DNA of 64,000 bases from a virus: positions 32,657-96,656 of IMG/VR virus record IMGVR_UViG_3300043172_000501. One strand, given 5' to 3'. The position numbers and the translations under genes were made by a program. The notes below the pieces were generated by a model. The model did not search any database. It was not told the origin of the DNA and saw nothing but the letters and a program-made list of their open reading frames with translations. Shown piece by piece: positions 1 to 9,127 of this stretch (its first letter is position 1; each line of letters starts with the position of its first letter).

Positions 1-2
1 AA

Positions 3-821
3 GACAATGATACAGTTTTAATGTTAGATGGCTGGAATCCATCAGTCACAGCACTTGCCTACGCTAGGGCTGTAAGTGGAATAAACTTTAAAATAGTTTT
101 AGCTCTACATGCAGGAACATGGGACATTCACGATCATCTATCAAGATGTGGAATGAGAAACTGGGCACAATATAATGAACTAGGTTGGCTACTCGCTTGT
201 GACTCAGTAATAGTTGCCACAGAATTTCATCGTGATTTAATAATGGATACAGTTGAACTCGTAGCAAGAACCTGGAGCCAGCAAAAAACAGTAAGAAATA
301 AGATCCATGTGACAGGATTCCCATTAGAATTGGGAGAATTAAACGGCTATCAAGTCCCATGGGATAAAAAAAAGAATCAGGTTGTTTTTCCGCATAGAAT
401 AGCACCAGAAAAAGCACCAGAAATATTTGAAGAAGTAAAAGCAATATATGAAAAGATGTATCCAGAGGACAAACTTAAATGGGTAAGAACTCAAGATGTA
501 TTAAAATCACTGACAGGACCAGTTAAACCACAGTTCTATAAAACATTAGCCGAGAGCAAAGTTGCGTTCTCTTCTGCTTTACAAGAAACATGGGGGATTG
601 CCCAACTAGAAGCATGGTATCTCACGGCATCTCCAGTGGTACCTGATAGACTATCCTATAGAGAACTGTACCCAGCTGATACTAAATATGATGACTTAGA
701 AACAGCAGCTAATATGATACATGAAATAACATACGGAAAAAGTCCTATCCCATTTGAACCAACCACAGACCCACGAAACGTATGGCCTGATATAATTAAA
801 ATATTAAAAGGTGATGCATGA
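3..821 (+). CDS. GT-B (GT4-like) glycosyltransferase, 5' truncated by window edge
   Basis: Frame open back to base 3 (DNDTVLMLDGWNP); motifs HAGTWD, VFPHRIAPEK, SSALQETWGIAQLEA, PVVPDRLSYRELY typical of GT-B retaining glycosyltransferases. Confidence 0.85.
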   Translation, partial: DNDTVLMLDGWNPSVTALAYARAVSGINFKIVLALHAGTWDIHDHLSRCGMRNWAQYNELGWLLACDSVIVATEFHRDLIMDTVELVARTWSQQKTVRNKIHVTGFPLELGELNGYQVPWDKKKNQVVFPHRIAPEKAPEIFEEVKAIYEKMYPEDKLKWVRTQDVLKSLTGPVKPQFYKTLAESKVAFSSALQETWGIAQLEAWYLTASPVVPDRLSYRELYPADTKYDDLETAANMIHEITYGKSPIPFEPTTDPRNVWPDIIKILKGDA

Positions 822-1831
822 AAATTTATTTTGCTGGAGTAGAAGACCTTGACGACAAGACGAGAGCAGTCAACGATGCTAAAGCAAAAAATGTTTTCGT
901 ATCGTATTACAACTTGACAGAATCATCAAACGCTGCTGCGCAAAAACAACTTTTATATGTCCATAAAAAATTAGGCATCAGGTCAATCATTGATTGTGGA
1001 GCGTTTACGTTTATGCACCTACATAAGAAAGTACAATCAGGCTCCGCCATCGCTGGAGATTCTTCTGAGGCTAAAAAGATTGCTGGGCAAGGAAGTAAAG
1101 TACTACAACTAGAAGCATATCTAAGAAACTACATTTCATGGCTTGAAAAAAACTGGTCACTGATTACATATTTTATTGAGTTAGATATGCAAAGAATGAT
1201 CGGGATAGAGCAAGTAAGAGAATGGCGAAAAATATTCCAGAAACGTGGATTAGGAAGAAAAATGTGGTTAGTGCACCACAGTGGAGACTCCTGGGAAGAT
1301 TTCGTTCGTATAATTGATGAAAGCAAAGTTGAAAATGGCGGGTCAGGCATGTGCGCGATTGAAGGAAAGAATATGAGCAAACCAGAAGGTTTCGATTATT
1401 ATCGATTTGCCAAATACGCTTATGACAACAGAGTAGCAATTCACGCCTTCGCATCGACTAGAGCAGACTTCCTTTCGCAAATACCTGTTACGTCGTCAGA
1501 CTCCACATCTTGGTTACAAGGAACACAATATGGAACAACGGTTGTGTTCGACCCTATACGTGGCGGAGTTATCAGCGGTTCGTATAATACAGCTAAGTCA
1601 GTTAGAGGGAAAAATAAGATTTCTATAATTTCAAACGCCTGGACAAAGTTGATGGCACTTGATGTAACAAATGATGAGAGACTGACCGCAGTTGAAGGCA
1701 ATTTAGTTGAAGCAATAAAAGCGTTCGTCAAGATGGAAGATCATCTAACACAAATGTGGGAAGAAAAAGGTTTTTTCTGGCATGAAGTAGAACGTCAGAA
1801 CGCAGAAAAGATAAGGAAGCTGTATGGCTAA
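818..1831 (+). CDS. DpdA/queuine-tRNA-ribosyltransferase-like TIM-barrel base-exchange enzyme
   Basis: MKIYFAG start, IIDCGAFTF (DSG-like catalytic Asp motif), FIELD, IHAFA, SSDSTSW motifs; ATGA overlap with the glycosyltransferase. Confidence 0.7.
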   Translation: MKIYFAGVEDLDDKTRAVNDAKAKNVFVSYYNLTESSNAAAQKQLLYVHKKLGIRSIIDCGAFTFMHLHKKVQSGSAIAGDSSEAKKIAGQGSKVLQLEAYLRNYISWLEKNWSLITYFIELDMQRMIGIEQVREWRKIFQKRGLGRKMWLVHHSGDSWEDFVRIIDESKVENGGSGMCAIEGKNMSKPEGFDYYRFAKYAYDNRVAIHAFASTRADFLSQIPVTSSDSTSWLQGTQYGTTVVFDPIRGGVISGSYNTAKSVRGKNKISIISNAWTKLMALDVTNDERLTAVEGNLVEAIKAFVKMEDHLTQMWEEKGFFWHEVERQNAEKIRKLYG

Positions 1832-2645
1832 AACACAAAAAAGAAAACAAGTTAGAAAGACGAAAAAAGTCGGTACTAAAGCTAAAAGAACTAAAGGCTT
1901 CGGCATGAAGCACAGAGGCGACCGCATCACTATTAAAACAGATGAACTTTCTGAAAATCCTTGGAACCCTAATGAACAAGATGATGATATGAAAAAGAGA
2001 ACTGGAGCATCACTTCATAAGTTCGGCATCGTATCTGAAGTTCTAGTGCGAGAGATAGGCCCCGACAATAAAGAGAAAGAAGGACTAGCCGAAGAAAAAG
2101 GCTACCAAGTTATTGATGGTGAACACAGATGGAGAGAATGTGTAAAGTCTAAGATCCCCAGGATAGAAGTTAGAAACTTAGGAGTTATTTCTGACTACGA
2201 AGCCATGAAGATGACACCAACAATGAATGACTTAAGTGGAGATCCAGAGCCGATAGCTTTAGCCGAGTTGATGGCTGAACTAGATAAAGATGGCAAACGA
2301 GAAGACATGGAAGATGTTTTCCCTTACTCCGCAAAAGAAATCGACGGAATGATCAAGTTGACTGACATCGACAAGTACTTCTTGAGCCCTTCCAGTAAAC
2401 GTCTAAATGAAAAGACCAGATCACAAGACGGCGTCCCATTCAAAGCAGGAAACAGAAAAGCCAAATTACCAATTCCATTAGGCAGTCAATTTATTAAATT
2501 GTATGAAAACATTGCCGGTGAAGTTATGACCATGGACCCCGTGGCAGTAATAGATAGAATGGCACAACTATTATTAGGCGCCATGAAACAGGCGACAGCT
2601 GATGAAGCCCTTGAGTTGATTGAGGAGAATGAAGATGGCAACTAA
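1824..2645 (+). CDS. ParB/Sulfiredoxin-like N-terminal domain protein (copy 1)
   Basis: NPWNPN, KFGIVSEVLVR, YQVIDGEHRW motifs. Confidence 0.85.
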   Translation: MAKTQKRKQVRKTKKVGTKAKRTKGFGMKHRGDRITIKTDELSENPWNPNEQDDDMKKRTGASLHKFGIVSEVLVREIGPDNKEKEGLAEEKGYQVIDGEHRWRECVKSKIPRIEVRNLGVISDYEAMKMTPTMNDLSGDPEPIALAELMAELDKDGKREDMEDVFPYSAKEIDGMIKLTDIDKYFLSPSSKRLNEKTRSQDGVPFKAGNRKAKLPIPLGSQFIKLYENIAGEVMTMDPVAVIDRMAQLLLGAMKQATADEALELIEENEDGN

Positions 2646-3366
2646 ATTAAAAGAAGGATGGTTCGGAGCTAAATCGAGAGGCAAAAGAACATCCGCACCA
2701 ATTCATGAGCTGAAGCCAAATCCTTGGAACCCTAATAAACAATCAGCTATGGTGGCATCACGTATGGGCGTGTCCATGAGTAAATTCGGAATAATCAAAG
2801 AACTTTTAGTACGACAGATCGGACCCAATAATAAAGAAGGTTTCGGGAAAGCAAAGATAGCTGCTTACCAAATTGTTGACGGTGAACATAGATGGAAAGA
2901 AATCCAGAGCGCAGGACTATCAACAGTCGAAATAAGGGATTTAGGCATTATGGCAGATTACGAAGCTAAAGAATTAACAGTAGTAATGAATGAGCTTAGT
3001 GGAGATCCTAATCCGATAAAACTGTCCTCGCTAATATCTGAACTAGAAAAAGCAGGACTACGTGAAGACTTTGAAGAGATTGCCCCTTATACCACTGAAG
3101 AAGTCGACACCTTACTAAAAATTCAAGATATAGAAGATTCTGAACTTTTCGGAGGAGAAGATAAAAAATCAAAAAAAGATAATAAAAAAGATGAAGCTTA
3201 TACTTTTCAAATCGGACCACACAGGGGAATACTTCCACAAGATGTTGCCGAGAAATTTGAAACAGTAATGACAAAAGTTGCTGAAAAGCTTGCCACTACT
3301 GACACTGTGGTGATTGTATCAGCAATTAGTAAGATACTTGAGACTATGCAATCCGTTAAAAGATAA
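2635..3366 (+). CDS. ParB/Sulfiredoxin-like N-terminal domain protein (copy 2)
   Basis: NPWNPN, YQIVDGEHRW; paralogous to upstream gene; start chosen 7 nt after GAGGAG. Confidence 0.85.
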   Translation: MATKLKEGWFGAKSRGKRTSAPIHELKPNPWNPNKQSAMVASRMGVSMSKFGIIKELLVRQIGPNNKEGFGKAKIAAYQIVDGEHRWKEIQSAGLSTVEIRDLGIMADYEAKELTVVMNELSGDPNPIKLSSLISELEKAGLREDFEEIAPYTTEEVDTLLKIQDIEDSELFGGEDKKSKKDNKKDEAYTFQIGPHRGILPQDVAEKFETVMTKVAEKLATTDTVVIVSAISKILETMQSVKR

Positions 3367-3390
3367 CAAAATACTATCTCTCTACTCACA

Positions 3391-3444
3391 CCTGTCCAGC
3401 ATCTTATTTCTTGAAATGAACCATATATACCTTTATAATAAAGG
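3391..3444 (+). promoter_or_regulatory. Sigma70-like promoter with palindromic operator over the -10 box (copy 1)
   Basis: CCTGTCCAG (3391), TTGAAA 3411-3416, 17-nt spacer, TATAAT 3434-3439 inside palindrome CCTTTAT-A-ATAAAGG 3430-3444. Confidence 0.8.
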
Positions 3445-3488
3445 GACAGATAAGACACACTATCACTAGGGCTTAGAGGTTTGAATCT

Positions 3489-4220
3489 ATGACAAAGAAA
3501 CAGTATTTAATAAATGAAGAAACTTTCCAAGAGTGGGAAATAAACACAAGAAAACTCCGCACACTAATTAGTTGCATGTTAGTTGCAATTCCACAATTAA
3601 GAATAAAATTCAAAGATGAAGTTAAAATCTGGAAGATAACGCCTAGAATAAACAGGAAATCACACACCACGTTTCGCAATACAATTTATTATTCTAGTAG
3701 ACAACGTGCCATAGAAAATCAAGATTTATTCTTTAAGGTTTTATGTCATGAGTTCATACATCTACTGCAAAGAAAAGCGTTTGGGGGTTTCTTCCATTTC
3801 ATTCGCTACACAGATCCTCAAGTAACATCAATGATAGTACCAGCTATATTTGGAACAGCGATGATAGTAGGAGGAGACACAGTAACTGGGTTACTATTTT
3901 ACGGCTTAACATTATTTCTTATAGCGCCATGGCAATCCCAGTCAAGAGCAGAGATGGAGTGCGAAGCTTATACTATGAATCTAGCTATTGAACAGTGGAA
4001 GTATGGAGAAATAAGACAAAAGAAGAAAGACGAAGTAATTAAGAGTCTAACGAGCCCACTGTATTACTTTATGATATGGAATAAATCCACTGCAGAAAAA
4101 TTAGTAGATAAAATGGTAGAATCAGTTCAAGACTGTCAAAAAAATAAACCTGATTGTTTTAAAATATCAAAAGCTTTTAATATCGTATTCAATATTATAG
4201 AAGAAGAAAAAAATAAGTGA
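3489..4220 (+). CDS. Putative membrane-associated zincin metallopeptidase
   Basis: HEFIH (HExxH), hydrophobic hairpin, downstream EMECEAY glutamate motif. Confidence 0.6.
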   Translation: MTKKQYLINEETFQEWEINTRKLRTLISCMLVAIPQLRIKFKDEVKIWKITPRINRKSHTTFRNTIYYSSRQRAIENQDLFFKVLCHEFIHLLQRKAFGGFFHFIRYTDPQVTSMIVPAIFGTAMIVGGDTVTGLLFYGLTLFLIAPWQSQSRAEMECEAYTMNLAIEQWKYGEIRQKKKDEVIKSLTSPLYYFMIWNKSTAEKLVDKMVESVQDCQKNKPDCFKISKAFNIVFNIIEEEKNK

Positions 4221-4271
4221 ACAGCCAATGAAGGCTGACAACTATATCTAGCCCAGAACTAGAAGAAGGAG

Positions 4272-4796
4272 ATGCTAATGTCATCTGAAGCGAAAGTAAT
4301 CTTAATAGGAAACTTAGGAAAAGATCCTGAAATGAAAACAACACAAAATGGAACTGCAAAATGCAATTTCAGTGTGGCAACAAGTCGCAAATGGAAATCT
4401 AAAGACGGAACACCACAAGAAAAAACCCTATGGCACAGAGTTATCGTCTGGGGAAAACAGGCAGAAAATTGTGCGAAATATTTATCCAAAGGTAGCAAGG
4501 TCTATATTGATGGTGAGATGGACCAACTGAACTGGGAAGACAAGAAAACAGGCGAACAAAAGTCGATGCAAGAAATAATCGGACATCGTGTCGTTTTTCT
4601 CTCAACAAAAAGAGAGAGCCAAGGGCAAAACCAGAACAACAACCAGCAGAATAACCAACAGAATAACCAACAGAACAACCAGAAGCATAGCAAGAATCTC
4701 CCGCAAAATAATTCTGGCAACCAAGGCACCTACCAAGGAAACGACGACCGAGGAGGCGGACAAGACTTTGGTAACGATGATGATATTCCGTTTTAA
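4272..4796 (+). CDS. ssb: Single-stranded DNA-binding protein
   Basis: KVILIGNLGKDPE, WHRVIVWGKQAE, KGSKVYIDG, acidic C-terminal tip DDDIPF. Confidence 0.97.
   Translation: MLMSSEAKVILIGNLGKDPEMKTTQNGTAKCNFSVATSRKWKSKDGTPQEKTLWHRVIVWGKQAENCAKYLSKGSKVYIDGEMDQLNWEDKKTGEQKSMQEIIGHRVVFLSTKRESQGQNQNNNQQNNQQNNQQNNQKHSKNLPQNNSGNQGTYQGNDDRGGGQDFGNDDDIPF
4629..4683 (+). repeat. 12-nt coding tandem repeat (NNQQ) in SSB linker
   Basis: CAGAATAACCAA-type units repeated about four times. Confidence 0.8.
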
Positions 4797-4899
4797 CCAG
4801 TAAACCTTTATTGATAAAACTTTTTAGTGACATAGACAGCCCGAAGTGTTACAGTTCTAAGATTAAAACGCACAAACAATCTAGCTATTTAGAGGAAAC

Positions 4900-5124
4900 A
4901 TGACCAATAGAATAATCAAAGTTAAAAGTGACCCTGCTCGCTTCAGAAGGACTAAGGTTTTCGTACACGAAATCATAAGCATATCAAAAGATGTGTCTAC
5001 TTGTGCTGACGTAATAAGAAAATTCCCTAAATTAACAACCAGTGATCTACGAGCTGCCTATGCCTACTATTTCTTCAATAAAGAAGAAGTAGACCAAAAT
5101 ATAAAAAAAGAAAGTGTAAAATAA
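4900..5124 (+). CDS. DUF433-like small HTH protein
   Basis: FPKLTTSDLRAAYAYY pattern. Confidence 0.6.
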   Translation: MTNRIIKVKSDPARFRRTKVFVHEIISISKDVSTCADVIRKFPKLTTSDLRAAYAYYFFNKEEVDQNIKKESVK

Positions 5125-5127
5125 GCT

Positions 5128-5793
5128 ATGGACAAAACGTTCAAGTTAACAAACCCACTGCCAGAAGCTCAAGGCAAAGCTGAAAATGATCACTGGCCCA
5201 CGCCACCACTTCTTGCAAAACAAGCATTATCTTTTGCAATAAATCTTTTACCAAATCCCAGTGTGCCTATTTCCATATTAGAACCAGGTGCTGGCGACCG
5301 GGCTCCATTTCTAACTGCCGCAACTGATAGTTCAAGTTTACTATTCACAGCGAGAGGAATAGAATATCGAGACGTTGAAGTTCCTGAACATTTAAACGGT
5401 AAAACTATTTGGCATAAGAACTGTGATTATTTAAAGTGGAGTATTGATAATCAAAAACGCCCAGATCTAATAATCACAAATCCGCCGTTTAGCCTGGCAC
5501 AAGAGTTCATTGAGCATTCTATTGATATGGTTAAGCCAGATGGAATAGTCGTAATGTTATTACAAACAGGATTCGAAGGCTCAGTTAAGAGGCGAGAGTT
5601 TTGGGGACAGAACAAACCCTTTAAAAGATTACTAGTAAGACCTCGCCCTTCATTTGGTGGCGGTTCTGATAGTAGAGAATACGGAATATATTTCTGGGCA
5701 GGAAGAACGCTTGACACTTTCCTACATCAAACTGGTAGAAACCATTGTGATATGGATTTCATTGATAACGATGGACCATGGAGTAAATTATGA
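5128..5793 (+). CDS. Orphan amino (N6-adenine/N4-cytosine) DNA methyltransferase
   Basis: DHWPTP, motif I ILEPGAGD, motif IV IITNPPF. Confidence 0.85.
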   Translation: MDKTFKLTNPLPEAQGKAENDHWPTPPLLAKQALSFAINLLPNPSVPISILEPGAGDRAPFLTAATDSSSLLFTARGIEYRDVEVPEHLNGKTIWHKNCDYLKWSIDNQKRPDLIITNPPFSLAQEFIEHSIDMVKPDGIVVMLLQTGFEGSVKRREFWGQNKPFKRLLVRPRPSFGGGSDSREYGIYFWAGRTLDTFLHQTGRNHCDMDFIDNDGPWSKL

Positions 5794-6011
5794 CAAACCC
5801 AATATGTGTAAAATGTAGAAGACATATGGATTGCATCGAGAATAGTGCAATCGTAAGATGGAGAAAAGTCTGGAGTAAAAGAGTTGATTTGTATAAATGT
5901 TCTGAGTGTAAAGCTCAAATTGCCATACTTCCTATAAAAGGGACAGGATTTGAAGATAGGGCAACACCACCAGCATCAGCAAATAAAGTAGTAGAAATGA
6001 TAGAAGGCTGA
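5790..6011 (+). CDS. Small Zn-ribbon protein
   Basis: CVKC and CSEC pairs; overlaps upstream stop. Confidence 0.55.
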   Translation: MTNPICVKCRRHMDCIENSAIVRWRKVWSKRVDLYKCSECKAQIAILPIKGTGFEDRATPPASANKVVEMIEG

Positions 6012-6033
6012 ACACGCACAGTCAGGAGAATAC

Positions 6034-6558
6034 ATGGGGAAACGCAAAAACATCAAAGACCGACTGTTATCAAAAATAAAAATTGATAAGAAGACAGACT
6101 GCTGGATTTGGCAAGGAGCCCAAAAAGGCAGAGGTTACGGGGCAGTACATTACAATAAAAAACTCAGGCGAGCACATAGGGTTTCTTTTGAAGTATTCGT
6201 TGGGGAAATAAAAAAAGGGAAAATACTATTACACAGTTGTAACAACCCTCTTTGCATTAACCCTAAACACTTGAGTCCAGGAACTCATCAAGAAAACACT
6301 AAGCAAATGATTGAAGAAGGTAGAGCTAATCCACCTAAAGGCGAGAAACATTACGCTGCAAAATTAAATAAGAAAGATGTAGCAGAAATAAAAAGTCTAA
6401 TCGAAGAAACGAACCTCAGCAACGCAAAAATAGCAGAACGGTTCAATGTTGATCGGAGAAGTATTTGGGGAATACGATTAGGAAAAACTTGGAAACATAT
6501 AAAATATATTCCAAAAAAAGGTCAATTAAATCTTTTCAAAATGGCAGGAGTAAACTGA
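6034..6558 (+). CDS. HNH homing-type endonuclease with C-terminal HTH
   Basis: CWIWQG, AHRVSF, LHSCNNPLCINPKHL, GEKHYAAKL plus HTH. Confidence 0.92.
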   Translation: MGKRKNIKDRLLSKIKIDKKTDCWIWQGAQKGRGYGAVHYNKKLRRAHRVSFEVFVGEIKKGKILLHSCNNPLCINPKHLSPGTHQENTKQMIEEGRANPPKGEKHYAAKLNKKDVAEIKSLIEETNLSNAKIAERFNVDRRSIWGIRLGKTWKHIKYIPKKGQLNLFKMAGVN

Positions 6559-6755
6559 TGTCACTATCACTAGGACAAGCTAAATGCACAAAAGAATTTC
6601 CAAGCGGATTAGCAATAAGTGTAACTACTGAAGAACATGGGGTATTATCGATCCCTAATTCAGGAGTACATGACGATTCAGACGTTTGGAAATTAAGACA
6701 AGAAGGCGATTTGATTATCAAAGATTGGTTCGCAGAAAAAAAGGGGTTCCTATGA
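6558..6755 (+). CDS. Hypothetical protein
   Basis: GGAG RBS and TGATG coupling. Confidence 0.6.
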   Translation: MSLSLGQAKCTKEFPSGLAISVTTEEHGVLSIPNSGVHDDSDVWKLRQEGDLIIKDWFAEKKGFL

Positions 6756-7150
6756 AACAAGAGGAAAAAAACCAATTAACGTTAGATGCTGCAAATGAGA
6801 TGTCTAACAAGATGAAACCAGCAACAGCACCTGATGCCAGGTATCATAGTATTCATGAAATGGCACAACATATGATTGAAGGAGATTATCCCAAGGTAAC
6901 AAGGGCGATAATGAAAGGCTTGATGTGTCAAGTTCAAACAATATCAGAAGCAGAAGGTAACAACTTAGATATCATCACTAACGAAAACGTCATAAATTAT
7001 GACAAGTCGATTAACATACCCGAGTTTAATACACTTGAAGAAGAGTTAGCTGATAACATTATCCGCACGATGAACTACGCACAGAGCAAACACTTAAGAT
7101 TGCCAGAAGTTCTTCTCGCTAAAATAGAATACAAACAAAAAAACATCTAA
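6752..7150 (+). CDS. MazG-like NTP pyrophosphohydrolase-related protein
   Basis: EEELADNIIR...LLAKIEYK C-terminal signature; first acidic motif looks degenerate. Confidence 0.6.
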   Translation: MKQEEKNQLTLDAANEMSNKMKPATAPDARYHSIHEMAQHMIEGDYPKVTRAIMKGLMCQVQTISEAEGNNLDIITNENVINYDKSINIPEFNTLEEELADNIIRTMNYAQSKHLRLPEVLLAKIEYKQKNI

Positions 7151-7157
7151 CAAAATA

Positions 7158-7427
7158 ATGGGGATCATTGTGAGAAAGTACAAAGTAGAATTTGAAATGG
7201 TTGTTGACCCTAAAGCATCAGATAAAGATGTCAAAGAGTTCATACATTACAGAATAGGAAGTCGTTTCCAGATGCATATGGATAACACTCTAGTAGGAAA
7301 AGAAATAGAACCGTACCCAGGGACAGTAAAGATAACACCAGTACCAGATTACGCAGAACATAGAAATGGACCAGGTAAAGTAGGACCAGGTAGAGTTATT
7401 ATTGAAAAGAAGGCAAATCATGGATGA
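7158..7427 (+). CDS. Hypothetical protein
   Basis: Packed co-oriented ORF. Confidence 0.6.
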   Translation: MGIIVRKYKVEFEMVVDPKASDKDVKEFIHYRIGSRFQMHMDNTLVGKEIEPYPGTVKITPVPDYAEHRNGPGKVGPGRVIIEKKANHG

Positions 7428-7755
7428 TATTTATAAAGTATGGGTTCAAGTTCAACGAATAAATGATGATAAAAAGATTTATGAGAATACAAGAATGCCG
7501 GACGAAGCAGGGGAGTTCACTAACATAGAAGAAGCAGAAGATTTTGCTGATTCAGTCCTTCAAGCATCTACCGTATTACACGCTGTTAAATCTAGAACAG
7601 AAGAGAGAATAATTGGCAAAATTGAAAAAGTAGGAGATGTAGTTCATACTTTTTTAAAAAAACATGTAGATAACGGAACACTGAGATCATTTGTAGAAGG
7701 CAAATGTGAAAAAGAAAAATGCACATGTGCAAACAAAGAAACAACACCAGCGTAA
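7420..7755 (+). CDS. Hypothetical protein
   Basis: Packed ORF; start set at MDDIYK. Confidence 0.6.
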   Translation: MDDIYKVWVQVQRINDDKKIYENTRMPDEAGEFTNIEEAEDFADSVLQASTVLHAVKSRTEERIIGKIEKVGDVVHTFLKKHVDNGTLRSFVEGKCEKEKCTCANKETTPA

Positions 7756-8324
7756 TTGAAGGGATATTAAACACCTTCAAAGGTGCCAAGGTGATCAGTG
7801 TGACTATAGATAAAAAAAGAATAGAAAAAGGCATGAAACCAGAGTCACTAGCTAAAGCTATCAATAAAACAGGAGACAATTGTTACGTGACAGATAGCGG
7901 AAACATTCAAATGCTTGAGAAGGTCACTTGCCCCTACTGCGACAAGCCATCAAAAATGGCAAAAGGGGACGAAGTATACCCAGACCGTAAAGATTTGAGC
8001 GACCTGTGGTTCTGGTTATGCAAACCGTGTGAAGCATGGGTAGGTTGTCACAAACAGCGTGGCAGGAAAGCCCTTGGTAGGCTCGCTAACAAAGAGCTTA
8101 GAGAAGCCAAAAGAAGAGCCCACTTAGCATTTGATCCATTATGGGAAAAGAAAATCAAGAAGACTAGATGTTCTAAAAGTGTCGCAAGAAAAGCTGGATA
8201 CAAATGGCTCGCTGGCGCATTACAAATTGACGTTAAAAAATGTCACATAGGCGAGTTCAATATCAAACAGTGCGAAGCAGTAGTAAAAATATGCTGGAAG
8301 ATTAGGAGTAGATGGAATGATTGA
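7719..8324 (+). CDS. DUF3268-like zinc-finger protein (start uncertain)
   Basis: CPYC...CKPCEAWVGCH...LGRLANKELR...AHLAFDPLW...CHIG. Confidence 0.75.
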   Translation: MHMCKQRNNTSVIEGILNTFKGAKVISVTIDKKRIEKGMKPESLAKAINKTGDNCYVTDSGNIQMLEKVTCPYCDKPSKMAKGDEVYPDRKDLSDLWFWLCKPCEAWVGCHKQRGRKALGRLANKELREAKRRAHLAFDPLWEKKIKKTRCSKSVARKAGYKWLAGALQIDVKKCHIGEFNIKQCEAVVKICWKIRSRWND

Positions 8325-8463
8325 ATTTATTGTAGCTCTGCCATTTGCAATATGGCTAATACTTTACATTATCGGAATATACCTCTTCGTTAAAGCAGAT
8401 GGTCCAATGACAACAGCAGTCAAAAAAGATATTGAGAAAGCAAAAGCAAAAAATGAGGAATAG
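8317..8463 (+). CDS. Small single-TM protein (below ORF-track cutoff)
   Basis: AGGAG RBS; MIEFIVALPFAIWLILYIIGIYLFVK hydrophobic stretch. Confidence 0.55.
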   Translation: MIEFIVALPFAIWLILYIIGIYLFVKADGPMTTAVKKDIEKAKAKNEE

Positions 8464-8860
8464 AATACTCCAGCAGAAGGCAGAGTTCATTGAATTAGCA
8501 ATGTATGATTCTCTTACTGGGCAAGTCTGTAAGGTCCGAGCTTTAGGGATATTGATGTCAGAGTTCTGGGCAATAACTGAATCACCAAATAGAAAAGACA
8601 AAGGCAAATTTGGTTTAACCCATATACCGACAGGGTTAGAAGTGGCGAAGTCGACCACTCGTGATATTTTAGAACTATTCTGGAGAAGTTTACCTGATAA
8701 AGTAATAAATAACATCAACACAAAATGCCCTAAAGAAGTCAGAGACTCAGAACTTAAAAAGTATTTAGACCAAATAGGGTTACTAAAAGCTAGAGATGAA
8801 GATGAAGGTCACGTTAAAGCAAGCGAAGAGTGGTACAGGAAAAATATAGTTAACGAATAA
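8432..8860 (+). CDS. Hypothetical protein (start uncertain)
   Basis: Contains LTHIPTG motif common in small phage proteins. Confidence 0.55.
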   Translation: MRKQKQKMRNRILQQKAEFIELAMYDSLTGQVCKVRALGILMSEFWAITESPNRKDKGKFGLTHIPTGLEVAKSTTRDILELFWRSLPDKVINNINTKCPKEVRDSELKKYLDQIGLLKARDEDEGHVKASEEWYRKNIVNE

Positions 8861-8881
8861 ACACAAAAAAAAGGCAGACCA

Positions 8882-9127
8882 ATGAAATCAAAAGATTACA
8901 TGAAAGTCCTAGAGAGTTTAGGATTTGAAACAACAGTGGCAATCACTATTTGGCAAGTGGGCGATGTCCTCGGACAAGCTGAGAATGTCGGCATAAATTG
9001 TTCTAAAGAAGAAGCTGAAGAAATACTTAGAGAGATGTCCAGGACATTTGACGCAACAATAGGAATGAACTGGGATGTTATAGATTCATTGCTCGATAAT
9101 CTTGACAATGAGAGACGTAAACAATGA
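8882..9127 (+). CDS. Hypothetical protein
   Basis: Packed ORF; W..gDV...GMNWDVI phage motif. Confidence 0.65.
   Translation: MKSKDYMKVLESLGFETTVAITIWQVGDVLGQAENVGINCSKEEAEEILREMSRTFDATIGMNWDVIDSLLDNLDNERRKQ

Noticed and set aside
4629-4683. SSB repeat as a contingency locus
   Set aside because: The 12-nt unit keeps the frame and lies in the normally disordered SSB linker
5128-6558. Type II restriction-modification pair (MTase plus HNH)
   Set aside because: The HNH has homing-endonuclease architecture with a C-terminal HTH and is separated from the MTase by another gene; nothing links their specificities
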